This document shows, one piece after another, positions 19,194 through 28,911 of a stretch of DNA of 64,000 nt (the first letter of the stretch is position 1; each line of letters starts with the position of its first letter). The DNA is from Candidatus Latescibacterota bacterium (GTDB lineage: Bacteria > Latescibacterota > UBA2968 > UBA8231). The DNA lies in contig CBDCXV010000011.1 in NCBI GenBank assembly GCA_965223905.1, positions 1,760,001 through 1,824,000 on the forward strand, written 5' to 3'. A program made the position numbers and the translations under genes. Below the pieces are notes generated by a model. The model did no database searches and had not been told where the DNA came from. It saw nothing but the letters and a program-made list of their open reading frames with translations.

Positions 19194-21083
19194 ATGAACC
19201 CACCTGCAAAGCGAGCCATCGTGATCGGCATGGACGGCGCCAGCATGGAGCTGGTGTCGCGGATGATGGACCGGGGTCACATGCCGAACCTCGCGGCCCT
19301 GGCCGGCAGGGGGGTGCGGCGGCCGATGGTCGGCGTATTTCCGACCCTCACCCCGCCGGGATGGACGGCCACCTCGACCGGTTCCTGGCCGGGCAACCAC
19401 GAGGTCATGGACTTCAACATCCGCAAGCCCGGCGGCCGCCTCGACGAGACGGTATGGGGCATCGACACAGGCCTGTCGAAATCGGAGTACCTGTGGAACT
19501 CGATGGAGCGCGCCGGCCGCAAGCCGATCCTCGTCAAGTGGGAGATGTCCTGGCCGCCGACGGTGCGCGAGGGCGTGCAGGTCGAGGGGACGGGCCCGGG
19601 GGTGTCGAACGTGCACCAGATCGCCGGCTACCACCTGTTCGTCGCCGGCGACTGGAAGCCGCGACCTGTCGGCGGCGAGCGCGACCCCGAGACCCTCGAC
19701 CCGAGCGCCCTGCAGGCCATCGAGGTCGCCGACCCTGTGCGCATGAAGTCAGCCGGCAGACACTGGAAAAATCTGCCCGAGTCGCAGATGCCGCCGCGCG
19801 CAGTGGAGCTGACCGTCAGGCCCCTCACCCGCGGCCGCAAGCCGAGGGGAAGCACCGCCAAACCGAAGTCCTACCACGGCCTCGCTTACGCCAGCGGCGG
19901 CGAGGGCTACGACCGCCTTCTGGTCTGCCGCGGCAGGGACTGCGGCACCGCGGTCGCCGAGCTGTCCGAGGGCCAGTGGAGCGAGTGGTGGCGAGATACC
20001 TTCCTCATCGACGGCGAGGAGATCGAGGGGTACGTACAGGCCAAGCTGGTGGCGATGGCCCCCGGCCTCCAGCGCTTCGAGCTCTTCATGCCGCAGATCT
20101 GGCCCGCCCACGGGTACACGGCGCCTGTGCCGCTGTCGCGGGAGCTCGACGAAGAGGTCGGCAACTTCCTGCAGAACCCGGCCCGCGACGCCCTCGGGGT
20201 CGTGGACGACGACACCTATTTCGAGCTCCTCGACTTCCATCACCAGAGGCTCGCCGACGTCGCCGGGTACCTGACCCGGTCGCGGGAGTGGGACATCCTC
20301 TTCATCGAGTCGCACGCCCCGGACTACGCCAGCCATTTCTTCCTGGCGCAGGCCGACGAGGTCAGCGGCGCCGACCCGGACACCATTGCGCGCTGCCGCG
20401 AGGGGCTCGAGCGCACCTTCGCCTCGGTCGACGCGATGATCGGCCGGGTGACCGCCCTCGCCGGCGACGACACCGTCTGTCTCGTGGTCTCCGACCACGG
20501 CGGCACGCCGACGCAGTACGGGGCGGTCAACGTCTCCAAGGTTCTCGAAGAGACCGGATTCCTGACCAGCAGGGAGGGGGGGATCGACTGGGAGCGCACC
20601 ATCGCCGCCGACGTCGGGCTAGTCCACATCTTCATCAACCTCGAGGGGCGGGAGCCGACCGGAATCGTCGCCCCGGAGGAGTACCGGCAGACCCAGCTCG
20701 ACATCATCGCGGCGCTGAACGGGTACGTCGACGAGAAGACCGGCCTGTGCCCGTTCGCGCTGGCGCTGACGCGGGAGGACGCCGAGATGGTCAACCTCTG
20801 GGGCGACCTGGTCGGCGACGTGGTCTACGCCCTGCGCCCGGAGTTCGACGGCGCCCACGGCAAGCAGCTGCCGTCGGCCCGGCTCGGAATCGGGGGACAG
20901 CACTGCACCTTCATCATGGCCGGCGCCGGGGTGCGCCGCGGCCTCGACCTCAGGCGCCAGGTGCGAGCCGTCGACGTCGCCCCGACCATCTGCTACCTGA
21001 TGGGGGTGCCGATGCCGCGCGACGTCGAGGGCGGCGTCGTCTACGAAGCCCTCGAGGATCCAGACTGGCACCTGGCGCAGTAG
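19194..21083 (+). CDS. Alkaline phosphatase superfamily, type I phosphodiesterase/nucleotide pyrophosphatase-like (paralog 1)
   Basis: VIGMDGA, PTLTPPGWTATSTG (Thr nucleophile region), VVSDHG, VDVAPTICYLMG. Start set at ATG 19194. Confidence 0.85.
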   Translation: MNPPAKRAIVIGMDGASMELVSRMMDRGHMPNLAALAGRGVRRPMVGVFPTLTPPGWTATSTGSWPGNHEVMDFNIRKPGGRLDETVWGIDTGLSKSEYLWNSMERAGRKPILVKWEMSWPPTVREGVQVEGTGPGVSNVHQIAGYHLFVAGDWKPRPVGGERDPETLDPSALQAIEVADPVRMKSAGRHWKNLPESQMPPRAVELTVRPLTRGRKPRGSTAKPKSYHGLAYASGGEGYDRLLVCRGRDCGTAVAELSEGQWSEWWRDTFLIDGEEIEGYVQAKLVAMAPGLQRFELFMPQIWPAHGYTAPVPLSRELDEEVGNFLQNPARDALGVVDDDTYFELLDFHHQRLADVAGYLTRSREWDILFIESHAPDYASHFFLAQADEVSGADPDTIARCREGLERTFASVDAMIGRVTALAGDDTVCLVVSDHGGTPTQYGAVNVSKVLEETGFLTSREGGIDWERTIAADVGLVHIFINLEGREPTGIVAPEEYRQTQLDIIAALNGYVDEKTGLCPFALALTREDAEMVNLWGDLVGDVVYALRPEFDGAHGKQLPSARLGIGGQHCTFIMAGAGVRRGLDLRRQVRAVDVAPTICYLMGVPMPRDVEGGVVYEALEDPDWHLAQ

Positions 21084-21112
21084 CGCCCGGGCTGCCCCAA
21101 CCGGAGACAGGA

Positions 21113-23038
21113 ATGGACACCAGGATCTGCGCCTACGGCATGGACGGCCTCATAACCCCGATGGTGAAGAAGTTCGCCGCCGAGGGGATCCTGCCGAACT
21201 TCTCCCGCATGCTCGCCGAAGGGGCGGTAAACCAGACCGCCCCCTCCTTCCCGGTCTGGACGCCGACCAACTGGGCGACCCTGTCGACGGGAGCGCACAC
21301 CGGCACCCACGGGGCCACGCGCTGGCGCGTGCAGCTGCCCTCCGGGGAACGGATAAGCAGCTTCGACGGCCGCGCCCTCAGCGCCGAGCGCATCTGGAAC
21401 GCCCTGGAACGGGCCGGCCTAAAATCCGTTGCCGTGCACTATCCGGCCGCGGATCCATCCGGCGTGAAGATCGGTTGCGTCGTCGACGGGTACGGCCACC
21501 CCGGACACGCCAGCACCGACTACGAAATCGCCGCGGCGCAGGCGTACACCACCTCCGCTGTTGCGGAGAGCGGCATCGAGATGGACCACGACGGCACCGC
21601 GGTGAGGCGCTCCCAGCGGAGCGTACAGCAGGTTGCGCCGCTACGGCCCGCGGAGGGCTGGACCGACCTGCCTCCCGGCAAGTCGCCTCCCCTGGCCACC
21701 GCAATCGAGATCGAGGCGGTTCAGGGCGGCGACGTTACCGTCCTCCAGGTGCTGGTCACCGACTCCCAAGGGAACGGGTACGACCGCGTGACCGTCTGCC
21801 GGGACCGCGACGGCGGCGCCCCTCTCGCCGCGGCCGCGGCCGGCTGCTGGAGCGACTGGGCGATCGGCGACTTCGCTAGCGCCGGGCGCCGGCAGCGCGC
21901 CTCGGTGCGCTTCAAGCCGGTCGCCCTGAGCGCCGACGGGACCCACCTCCAGCTCTACCGCTCGCAGGTGACCTTCGCCGACGGCTTCACATACCCCGGC
22001 GATCTCGCCGCCGAGCTGGTCGACCGCTTCGGACCCTACCAGGAGCACGCCTCGACCCTGCCGTACACCCACGGCATGGCGGACTTCGACACCGCCATGG
22101 AGGAGTGCGAGTACCAGGGGATGTGGTTCGCCGACGTCGCCAACTACATGCTGCGGGAGAAGGACTGCTCCTTCTTCATCTGCCACTGGCACCTGTTCGA
22201 CTACCTCAATCACATCCACCTGAACGACGTCGATCCCGCCTGTCCCGGGTACGATCCGGCGAAAGCGGAGGAGGCGATGCAGATGTTCCGCAAAGCCTAC
22301 CGGGTCGGTGACCGCGTCCTCGGGCGCATCCGCGAGGCGGCCGGCCCCGGCACCTACGTCAGCGTCCTCGCCGACCACGGCGCCTACCCCGACGTCCGCG
22401 TCGCCAACATCCGCAAGTACCTCCACGACCGGGGATTCACCGTGCTGAAGCCTGGCGGCGGCAGCCGCGTCGAGGAGGACCTCGTGCTCGAGGAGGACAT
22501 CGACTGGCAGAGGACGCGCGCCTACCTCAAGGACGACAAGGGGTTCGACATCTACATCAACGCCGGCCCGGGGGAGGAGTTCGACCGCATCGAGCGGGAG
22601 CTGCTGCTGGCGCTGCGCACCTGGGTCGACGAGGAGGTCGGGGGAACCCCGGTCGCCATCGCCCTGCCGAAGCGGGACGCCTACCTGCTCGGGCAGTGGG
22701 GGCCGCAGTGCGGGGACGTGGTGTTCGCCTGGGACCACGGGTATGTCAGCGGCTATTTCGGCCAATGGCGCGGCATCGTCGGTGGGGGCGCCGCCGGCGC
22801 CCCGGAGGTGTACGGCGCCCATCACGGCGGCTTCTTGCCGACCCGCAACGACCTCTCCTCGAGCTTCGGAACCATGATGATCGCCGGCCCCGGCGTGAAG
22901 AAGGGGTACGAACGCCCGGTGGAAGAGCTCGGGTACATCCACGCCGTCGACGTGGTGGCGACCTACTGCCACCTCTTCGGGGTCGAGCCGCCGGCCCACT
23001 GCCAGGGAGCGGTCGCCCGCGACCTGTTCGAGGGCTAG
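21113..23038 (+). CDS. Alkaline phosphatase superfamily, phosphodiesterase-like (paralog 2)
   Basis: YGMDGL, PVWTPTNWATLSTG, LADHG, VDVVATYCHLFG. Start at ATG 21113; the 1373-aa ORF-track call is a read-through artefact. Confidence 0.85.
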   Translation: MDTRICAYGMDGLITPMVKKFAAEGILPNFSRMLAEGAVNQTAPSFPVWTPTNWATLSTGAHTGTHGATRWRVQLPSGERISSFDGRALSAERIWNALERAGLKSVAVHYPAADPSGVKIGCVVDGYGHPGHASTDYEIAAAQAYTTSAVAESGIEMDHDGTAVRRSQRSVQQVAPLRPAEGWTDLPPGKSPPLATAIEIEAVQGGDVTVLQVLVTDSQGNGYDRVTVCRDRDGGAPLAAAAAGCWSDWAIGDFASAGRRQRASVRFKPVALSADGTHLQLYRSQVTFADGFTYPGDLAAELVDRFGPYQEHASTLPYTHGMADFDTAMEECEYQGMWFADVANYMLREKDCSFFICHWHLFDYLNHIHLNDVDPACPGYDPAKAEEAMQMFRKAYRVGDRVLGRIREAAGPGTYVSVLADHGAYPDVRVANIRKYLHDRGFTVLKPGGGSRVEEDLVLEEDIDWQRTRAYLKDDKGFDIYINAGPGEEFDRIERELLLALRTWVDEEVGGTPVAIALPKRDAYLLGQWGPQCGDVVFAWDHGYVSGYFGQWRGIVGGGAAGAPEVYGAHHGGFLPTRNDLSSSFGTMMIAGPGVKKGYERPVEELGYIHAVDVVATYCHLFGVEPPAHCQGAVARDLFEG

Positions 23039-23086
23039 TGCCGTTCGGCGCCGGACGGCTCGCTGCCCCGGGACGACAGGAGCGAC

Positions 23087-23574
23087 ATGGCTGAACGACC
23101 CAACATCCTGCTCGTGGTTTCCGACCAGATGGTCGCCGCCCTCACCGGGGCGTACGGCCATCCGGTCGTGCGCACCCCCCACCTAGCGCCGAGGGGGACG
23201 GCAGCGGCCGCTGCGTCTTCGCCCAGGCGCACGAGGCGGTCGGCATGCCCTGCATCATGATGCGCGAGGGGCGCTACAAGTACAGCTACATACACGGGTA
23301 CGAGCCGCAGCTGTTCGACCTGCAGACCGACCCGGGAGAGTGGAACAACCTCGCCGCCGACCCGGGGCACGCCGGCGTCGCCCGGCGCATGGAGGGGGCC
23401 ATCCTCGGGCGCTTCGATCCGGCGGCGATGGAGCAGGAGAACCTCGAAAGCCTGTACCGCCGCCGCCTGATCCGCGACGTGATGCGGGAGCGCGGCCAGA
23501 CCTGGTGGCACTTTCCCCGCTACGACTACCGGCGGGGAGCGATGGACCAGTACCTCGGGGAGGAGACGCCGTGA
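23087..23574 (+). pseudogene. Sulfatase (choline-sulfatase-like) pseudogene with large internal deletion
   Basis: MAERPNILLVVSDQMVAALTGAYGHPVVRTPHL from 23087 (AGGAG RBS) joins out of frame to the C-terminal MMREGRYKYSYIHGYEPQLFDLQTDPGEWNNLA. No CxPxR motif is present. Confidence 0.85.
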
Positions 23575-24353
23575 GCAGGACGGAAGACCAGCAGCAGTTC
23601 GACACCTTCGGCTTCGTCGTCAAGCGGCAGCTGTTCACGCCTGAGGAAGTCGACCTTATCAGCGGCGAATTCGACGCGGCGATGCGGGAGGAACGCGAGG
23701 GGCAGGTGCCGGCGCTGACGGAACGGCAGACCATTCACGACTGGGTCAGGGGCCGCCCGGAAGTCGCCTGGCTCGAAACCGACCCACGCATCCGCGGCAA
23801 GGTCGACGAGCTGCTGGGGCCGGACAATCATCTCAAGGACAACAACGACGGCAACCTCTACGTCGGCGACACCGGGTGGCATCCCGATCTCGGCTGGGAC
23901 GCCGCCATCCCCGAAGGAGAGAACGATCCCTACCGGCTGGCCGGCAACCTGACCAACCACTACCGGCCGTCGATCAAGGCCGCCTTCTACCTCGATCCGG
24001 TGGGGCGGGATTCAGGCTGCCTGGGGGTTATCCCCGGGTCGCACAGGAACCCCTACCACGATTCCCTCTGGTCCCTGCACCTCGACATCCCGGCGCGGGC
24101 GCGGAATTTCGAGCACGTGGCGCCGAAGCTGCTGCAGATGTGGGAAAGGGATACCGGCAGCCCCGAGGGCGGGGAGGAGCTGCTGCGCGACCCCGAGGTC
24201 AACATCTTCGCCATCCCCCCTGCCGAGGTGCCCGCCCATGCCATCGAGTCGGAGCCCGGAGACGTCGTCTTCTTCAGCCACCAGCTCTGGCACGCCTCGT
24301 TCGGCGGCGGCAGCGGCCGCCGCATGTTCACGCTGAACTTCCTGACGAGTTGA
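23571..24353 (+). CDS. Phytanoyl-CoA dioxygenase (PhyH) family protein
   Basis: QFDTFGFVV, TGWHPD, GCLGVIPGSH, PGDVVFFSHQLWHAS. GTG start after GGAGGAG. Confidence 0.88.
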   Translation: MSRTEDQQQFDTFGFVVKRQLFTPEEVDLISGEFDAAMREEREGQVPALTERQTIHDWVRGRPEVAWLETDPRIRGKVDELLGPDNHLKDNNDGNLYVGDTGWHPDLGWDAAIPEGENDPYRLAGNLTNHYRPSIKAAFYLDPVGRDSGCLGVIPGSHRNPYHDSLWSLHLDIPARARNFEHVAPKLLQMWERDTGSPEGGEELLRDPEVNIFAIPPAEVPAHAIESEPGDVVFFSHQLWHASFGGGSGRRMFTLNFLTS

Positions 24354-24392
24354 ACGGTTCTTCAGGATCCGGGTGAAGCCGGAAAGTGCAAC

Positions 24393-24416
24393 AGGTGGAG
24401 GTATAGGTGGAGGTAT
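24393..24416 (+). repeat. Exact 12-bp tandem duplication containing the Shine-Dalgarno sequence
   Basis: AGGTGGAGGTAT repeated twice immediately before ATG 24419. Confidence 0.8.
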
Positions 24417-24418
24417 AT

Positions 24419-25132
24419 ATGAAGACGCTCTTTGTCTTTTCTCTATCGGTATTGCCGCACCTCGGCTGCTCCCAGACCCAATTCTTCCTGCAAAAGCCGG
24501 TGCCACGGGAGCTCGTCGAGGACTATCCTCCGATTGAAGTAACCGACAAAGATCGGCTATCCATCTTCTTCAGAGTAAATGGGAATGCGGATAGCACATG
24601 CGCCATCCGAGACAGGAAAAACAAGCTTATCGCTGTGAATGTCGTCGAGTCCAACGAAGAGCATCTGCTTCTTTCATCAAGCGAATGGAAGACCGTACAG
24701 CAGATACCTCGGCGGTATCTTTCCTTGAGAGAACTCCGCATCCGTTCGCCCAATGCCGTTCACGACAAGCTTACAGTTTTTCTTCCTCTTGGAGCCATTG
24801 AAGAGATCCAGATCGCTGACAGGGATCTGGAATGGCCTCCCCCCTGGTCGCGACTGGGAGAGGCCCTCCGATGGTCTTACCAGGGAGCAGCTGTCGGGTT
24901 TTACGCCGTTGTTCTGTTCTTCTCACCTGATGCCGATGATGGTGGTGGGGTCCGCAGAATCGACCGGTATGGCATAAGTTCCAACGATGTTTTCAAAGCA
25001 GCAGCGACAGCGGGCGTTGGAGGTGCGCTTCTATATCCCGCTGCCAGGCTGCTGTGGCCCGAATCCACCGATGTTACCCGGAGCTACCAGATAAACAGCG
25101 GCGGTGGATACAGGGTAGACTTCAAACGTTGA
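24419..25132 (+). CDS. Hypothetical lipoprotein/membrane protein, low GC
   Basis: MKTLFVFSLSVLPHLGC lipobox-like start; two hydrophobic segments near the C-terminus; visibly more AT-rich than the flanks. Confidence 0.6.
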   Translation: MKTLFVFSLSVLPHLGCSQTQFFLQKPVPRELVEDYPPIEVTDKDRLSIFFRVNGNADSTCAIRDRKNKLIAVNVVESNEEHLLLSSSEWKTVQQIPRRYLSLRELRIRSPNAVHDKLTVFLPLGAIEEIQIADRDLEWPPPWSRLGEALRWSYQGAAVGFYAVVLFFSPDADDGGGVRRIDRYGISSNDVFKAAATAGVGGALLYPAARLLWPESTDVTRSYQINSGGGYRVDFKR

Positions 25133-25306
25133 CCGGTAGAGAGCAGGGTTTCGTATCCCCGATCAGCCTCCTCCAACTCGCAGCACCCTACAACAGACTC
25201 GCGCCGCACCCCCCTTCGGGCGCCATGGCTTGGCCAATCCCGGTTAGGAACTCGCAAACTGCGGAATCAGTATGGTAATGCGTTTGATGGATAAGCGGAC
25301 CCGAAT

Positions 25307-26080
25307 ATGAACAGGTATCATCGGGGAAACAGGGATCGCTGGAACCTGGGGTCGCCAAGGTGGGCGGCCTCGCAGGACCGGCGCGGTACCTGGAGAATCG
25401 CCCACCGACAGCCGGGGAAGATCTTCCTTCGGCAGGAGCTGGAACTGATCGGAACGGTCGAAAACCAGGACATCTGCGTCCTGGGCAGCGGCAACAACCT
25501 CGCTGTATTCGCCTTCGCCGGGATGGGGGCCCGGGTCACCTCCGTCGACATCTCCGCGGAGCAGTTGCAGGTCGCGCGCAAGCGTGCGGATAAACTGGGG
25601 CTGGACATCCAATTCACGGAAGCGGACGTCATGGACCTGCGCTGCCTCGAAAGCTCGAGCCATGACCTGGTGTACACCGGCGGCCACGTCGGGGTCTGGG
25701 TCTCCGATCTGCGGACCTACTACCGCGAGGCGATTCGCATTTTGCGCGAGGGAGGTTTGTTCCTCGTCAACGAGTACCACCCGTTCCGCAGGATATGGAA
25801 GGATTCGGGCACTTCGCTGGAAGTCCAGTTCAGCTACTTCGACAGGGGGCCGCATGAGTACTTTATTTCAGAGGATCATGCAGAGGCACCCGACGACATG
25901 AAGCAGCTCGAATTCCACTGGACGGTTTCCCAGTACCTCAACGCGGTCATTGAGCAGGGAGTCGAGCTGATAAGGTTCGAGGAGATCGAAGACGCCTCGG
26001 AGGAATGGGAAGGCGCCCCGCTCGAGGGACTGCCCCGGATACTGTTGATCGCGGGCAGGAAAACCAGGGCAGGCGACTGA
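25307..26080 (+). CDS. Class I SAM-dependent methyltransferase
   Basis: ICVLGSGNN motif I variant, TSVDISAEQL, ILREGGLFLVNEYHPF. Confidence 0.85.
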   Translation: MNRYHRGNRDRWNLGSPRWAASQDRRGTWRIAHRQPGKIFLRQELELIGTVENQDICVLGSGNNLAVFAFAGMGARVTSVDISAEQLQVARKRADKLGLDIQFTEADVMDLRCLESSSHDLVYTGGHVGVWVSDLRTYYREAIRILREGGLFLVNEYHPFRRIWKDSGTSLEVQFSYFDRGPHEYFISEDHAEAPDDMKQLEFHWTVSQYLNAVIEQGVELIRFEEIEDASEEWEGAPLEGLPRILLIAGRKTRAGD

Positions 26081-26217
26081 TCAGGTTGCGATCCCGGTTA
26101 CAGCACCGTCCGCGCCAAGCCTGTCCCAGCCGGCTTTCCCCGGCAACCGCAATCGCCAGTTGCACTCTGGAAAAACCGCGGCGGAATTCAGACGCAGGTT
26201 GAAGTTACCTTTCCCAT

Positions 26218-27102
26218 CTACATCCGCAGGAAGCGCTCGGCCGTCCCCCCCATGACGGCGGCGCGCTCGGCGTCGCTCAGCTGCGGCAATAGCTCGTCGA
26301 CCACCCTCGTCATCCTGCCGTAGCCCGGGTTCTCGGCGATCCACGGAAAATCCGAGGCCCACATCAGACGGTCCGCCCCGAAGGTCTTGGTCAGCAGGCG
26401 CTCGTGCACGCCGGTGAGGTCGCGGTAGGGCCACTCCTCGCCGCTGACCGCGTACTGCCCGGAGAGGTGGACGCAGACGTTGTCGTACTCGCGCAGGCAG
26501 AGCAGCGAGTAGTGGCTGGCGGGAAAACCGGTCGAGGTCTCGATCCGGGGGCGTCCCTCGTCGTCCCAGGTGAAGGTCCCGGTGCCGGGGCAGACCATCA
26601 GGTGGTTGAAGACGACCCGGACCTGCGGGAAGGCTTCGACGAGGTAGGGGACGAGGTGGGTGTCCGCGGCCCTTATGTAGAGCCAGAGGACGCAATCCTT
26701 CTCCGCGGCGTGATTCCAGATCGGAAAGGTCGCCAGCTGCCTGACGTCGACCGGGGCGAACGGATCGGCCGGGCCGCCGACGTGGCGCATCCGGAAGCCG
26801 ATGACCCCGTCCCCGGCGAGCCGGTCCATGTGGTCTTCCGGGGAAGCGGCCGTTTCGGGAATGAGTCCGATCCCGGAAAAGCGGCCGGGCCAGGAGCGCA
26901 GGCAGTTCAGCAGGTAGCGGTGGTGCTCGAGCCCGGAGCCCCCGGTCTGCACCAGCACGGCGCGGTCGACGCCGTGCTCCTCCATCAGGCCGAGCAGCTT
27001 TTCGGCCGGCTCCTCGCGCTCGGCTGGACGCCCCTTCCCGATCTCGCGCGGAAACTCGGCGGAGGCGCGGGCGAATACGTGAACGTGCGAGTCTACGATC
27101 AT
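26218..27102 (-). CDS. Amidohydrolase_2 family protein (lactonase-like)
   Basis: IVDSHVH, VVFNH, FGADRLMWASDFPW, GGTAERF. Confidence 0.88.
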   Translation of the reverse strand: MIVDSHVHVFARASAEFPREIGKGRPAEREEPAEKLLGLMEEHGVDRAVLVQTGGSGLEHHRYLLNCLRSWPGRFSGIGLIPETAASPEDHMDRLAGDGVIGFRMRHVGGPADPFAPVDVRQLATFPIWNHAAEKDCVLWLYIRAADTHLVPYLVEAFPQVRVVFNHLMVCPGTGTFTWDDEGRPRIETSTGFPASHYSLLCLREYDNVCVHLSGQYAVSGEEWPYRDLTGVHERLLTKTFGADRLMWASDFPWIAENPGYGRMTRVVDELLPQLSDAERAAVMGGTAERFLRM

Positions 27103-27113
27103 GGCTTGCCTGC

Positions 27114-27431
27114 TCAGGTTTCCCACAGAAACAGCCGGCGGCGCTCCGGCGTGGCGAGCTTGTCCGCGAGCCCGGAGAAGGGGCTCTGCTTCGGCTCGCC
27201 CGGCTTCTCGTAGGTGAGGATCACCGACTTGCGCGGCCGGGTGCCGCGGTTGCTCCAGGCGGTATGCCAGCCGAAGGCGTCGAAGATGACCGCGGTGCCC
27301 GCCTTGCCGGCCCGGGCCCCCGCATCGAAGGCTTCCTGCAGGCGGGTCAGCTCGCTCCCCGCGATCGCCTCCTCGATGACGAGGTATCCCTCCGTTTCGA
27401 ACTGTTGCCGCCGATCAGTGGCTATGGTCAT
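27114..27431 (-). pseudogene. PhyH-family dioxygenase with in-frame central deletion (105 aa)
   Basis: N-terminal QQFETEGYLVIEEAI fused directly to C-terminal GKAGTAVIFDAFGWHTAWSNRGTRPRKSVILTY; the HxD motif and PGSH strand are absent. Confidence 0.75.
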
Positions 27432-27711
27432 CTCTGGCCCTTTCCTTCCAGTGCCTGCGCGCGCAATTCCGCGTGAATTCGGCCGCAACTGCATCGGCTC
27501 GCTGCGGCCCCCTCCTCCCTCCGCTTACTTGCGCCCCCCAGGCACCAGTCATCACATGGATGGCGAAGCAATACTGCCTCTTTCGCCGGTTCACCCCGCG
27601 CCGGGAATCCTTCTCCCGGTGGATACCCCAAGCCAGCCCGTCGCCTTCCTCGGGGCCGGGAACCCCGCAGCGGGACCTCCCTTGTCGCCACCCCCTGCAG
27701 GCGCTGCCGGA

Positions 27712-28911
27712 TCACCCCTTCGGCGGCGGCTTCCAGTGCACGGCCTGGATCGGGCCGCAGTGCCGGTAGGGGCCTGCCGTGATCAGGGTGCCGTCCGGCA
27801 TGGCGATGCAGCCGGGATAGTTCTCCCCCTCTCCGAGGATGTATTCCTCCGGCTCCCAGGTGCCGCCGGCGTCGTAGCTGACCCGGGCGCGCACCCCGGC
27901 ACGGGCGAAGCGGTCGTGGTAGCGGCTGTCGTAGGCGAGCACGAGGGTCGTGCCGTCCGCCAGCAGAGCCAGGTCGCCGGAGCACTGCTCGTACCCGGTG
28001 ACCCGCCGTTCGTTCACCCAGGTGCGGCCGCCGTCCCCGGACTCCGACACGAACACCGACTTGACGCGGGCGGCCTCCTCGTCGATCGGCTCCTCGAAGC
28101 CGGTGTACTCCGGGTCGTAGCCGTTGGCGCGCATCTCCGCCTCGATATCCTCCGGGTCGCCGGGGAGGCGGATGTTGCGCTGCTTGCGGATGGCCGAGAG
28201 CAGCTTCCCCGACGGCAGCTCGAGCAGGTGGACCTCGGCGCCGTGCATCACCAGCGGGCTCTTCTCCGGCCAGGTGACGCCGCCGTCGCCGGAGCGCAGG
28301 AGATGGGCGAACACCCCCCGCTGCTCGACCGGCACCTCCTTCTCCTCCGCCATCTCGAGGTAGAAGAAGAGGTCCATGGTCAGCAGCAGGGTGCCGTCGG
28401 CGAGCTGGATCATGTCGGAGTTGCCCGCGGCCACGGAGCGGTGAGCTCCGAGCGGCAGCTCCATGCGCTCGACCGACCAGGTGGCGCCGCGGTCTCCGGA
28501 ACGGGCGATGTAGGACTCGCTGTTGCGGCGGTGGTTCGAGGGCATGACGTTGAGCAGGAAGGTGCCGTCTTCGAGGATCTCGAAGGCCCCGACCCAGCCG
28601 GCCTCGCTGTCCCTCGGCATTTGCTTCAGGTCGAAGCGCTCCATGCCGAGGTCGTACTGGTGCCCGGACCAGGACCTGCCGCCGTCCGCGGACCGGAACA
28701 TGCGGCGCTCGAAGGTGGGGCCGGTGACGAACAGGTCGCCGTCCCCGGCCCGGCGGATGTAGCGGCAGCTTCCCGAGGCGCCCTGGTGGTCGATGCCGAG
28801 ATCGACGCGCTGCGCCGGCAGGTACGACACCTCTCCGTCCCGCACGACGGCGATGCGGTCCCCGCCGCCGGGGTCCGGGCTCAGGTCGACGAGCTGTTCT
28901 GTTGCGGTCAT
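27712..28911 (-). CDS. BNR/Asp-box sialidase-family protein
   Basis: SADGGRSW, SGDRGATW, SGDGGVTW, SGDGGRTW, SYDAGGTW. Start ATG 28911 after AGGAG, overlapping the hydantoinase B stop. Confidence 0.85.
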   Translation of the reverse strand: MTATEQLVDLSPDPGGGDRIAVVRDGEVSYLPAQRVDLGIDHQGASGSCRYIRRAGDGDLFVTGPTFERRMFRSADGGRSWSGHQYDLGMERFDLKQMPRDSEAGWVGAFEILEDGTFLLNVMPSNHRRNSESYIARSGDRGATWSVERMELPLGAHRSVAAGNSDMIQLADGTLLLTMDLFFYLEMAEEKEVPVEQRGVFAHLLRSGDGGVTWPEKSPLVMHGAEVHLLELPSGKLLSAIRKQRNIRLPGDPEDIEAEMRANGYDPEYTGFEEPIDEEAARVKSVFVSESGDGGRTWVNERRVTGYEQCSGDLALLADGTTLVLAYDSRYHDRFARAGVRARVSYDAGGTWEPEEYILGEGENYPGCIAMPDGTLITAGPYRHCGPIQAVHWKPPPKG

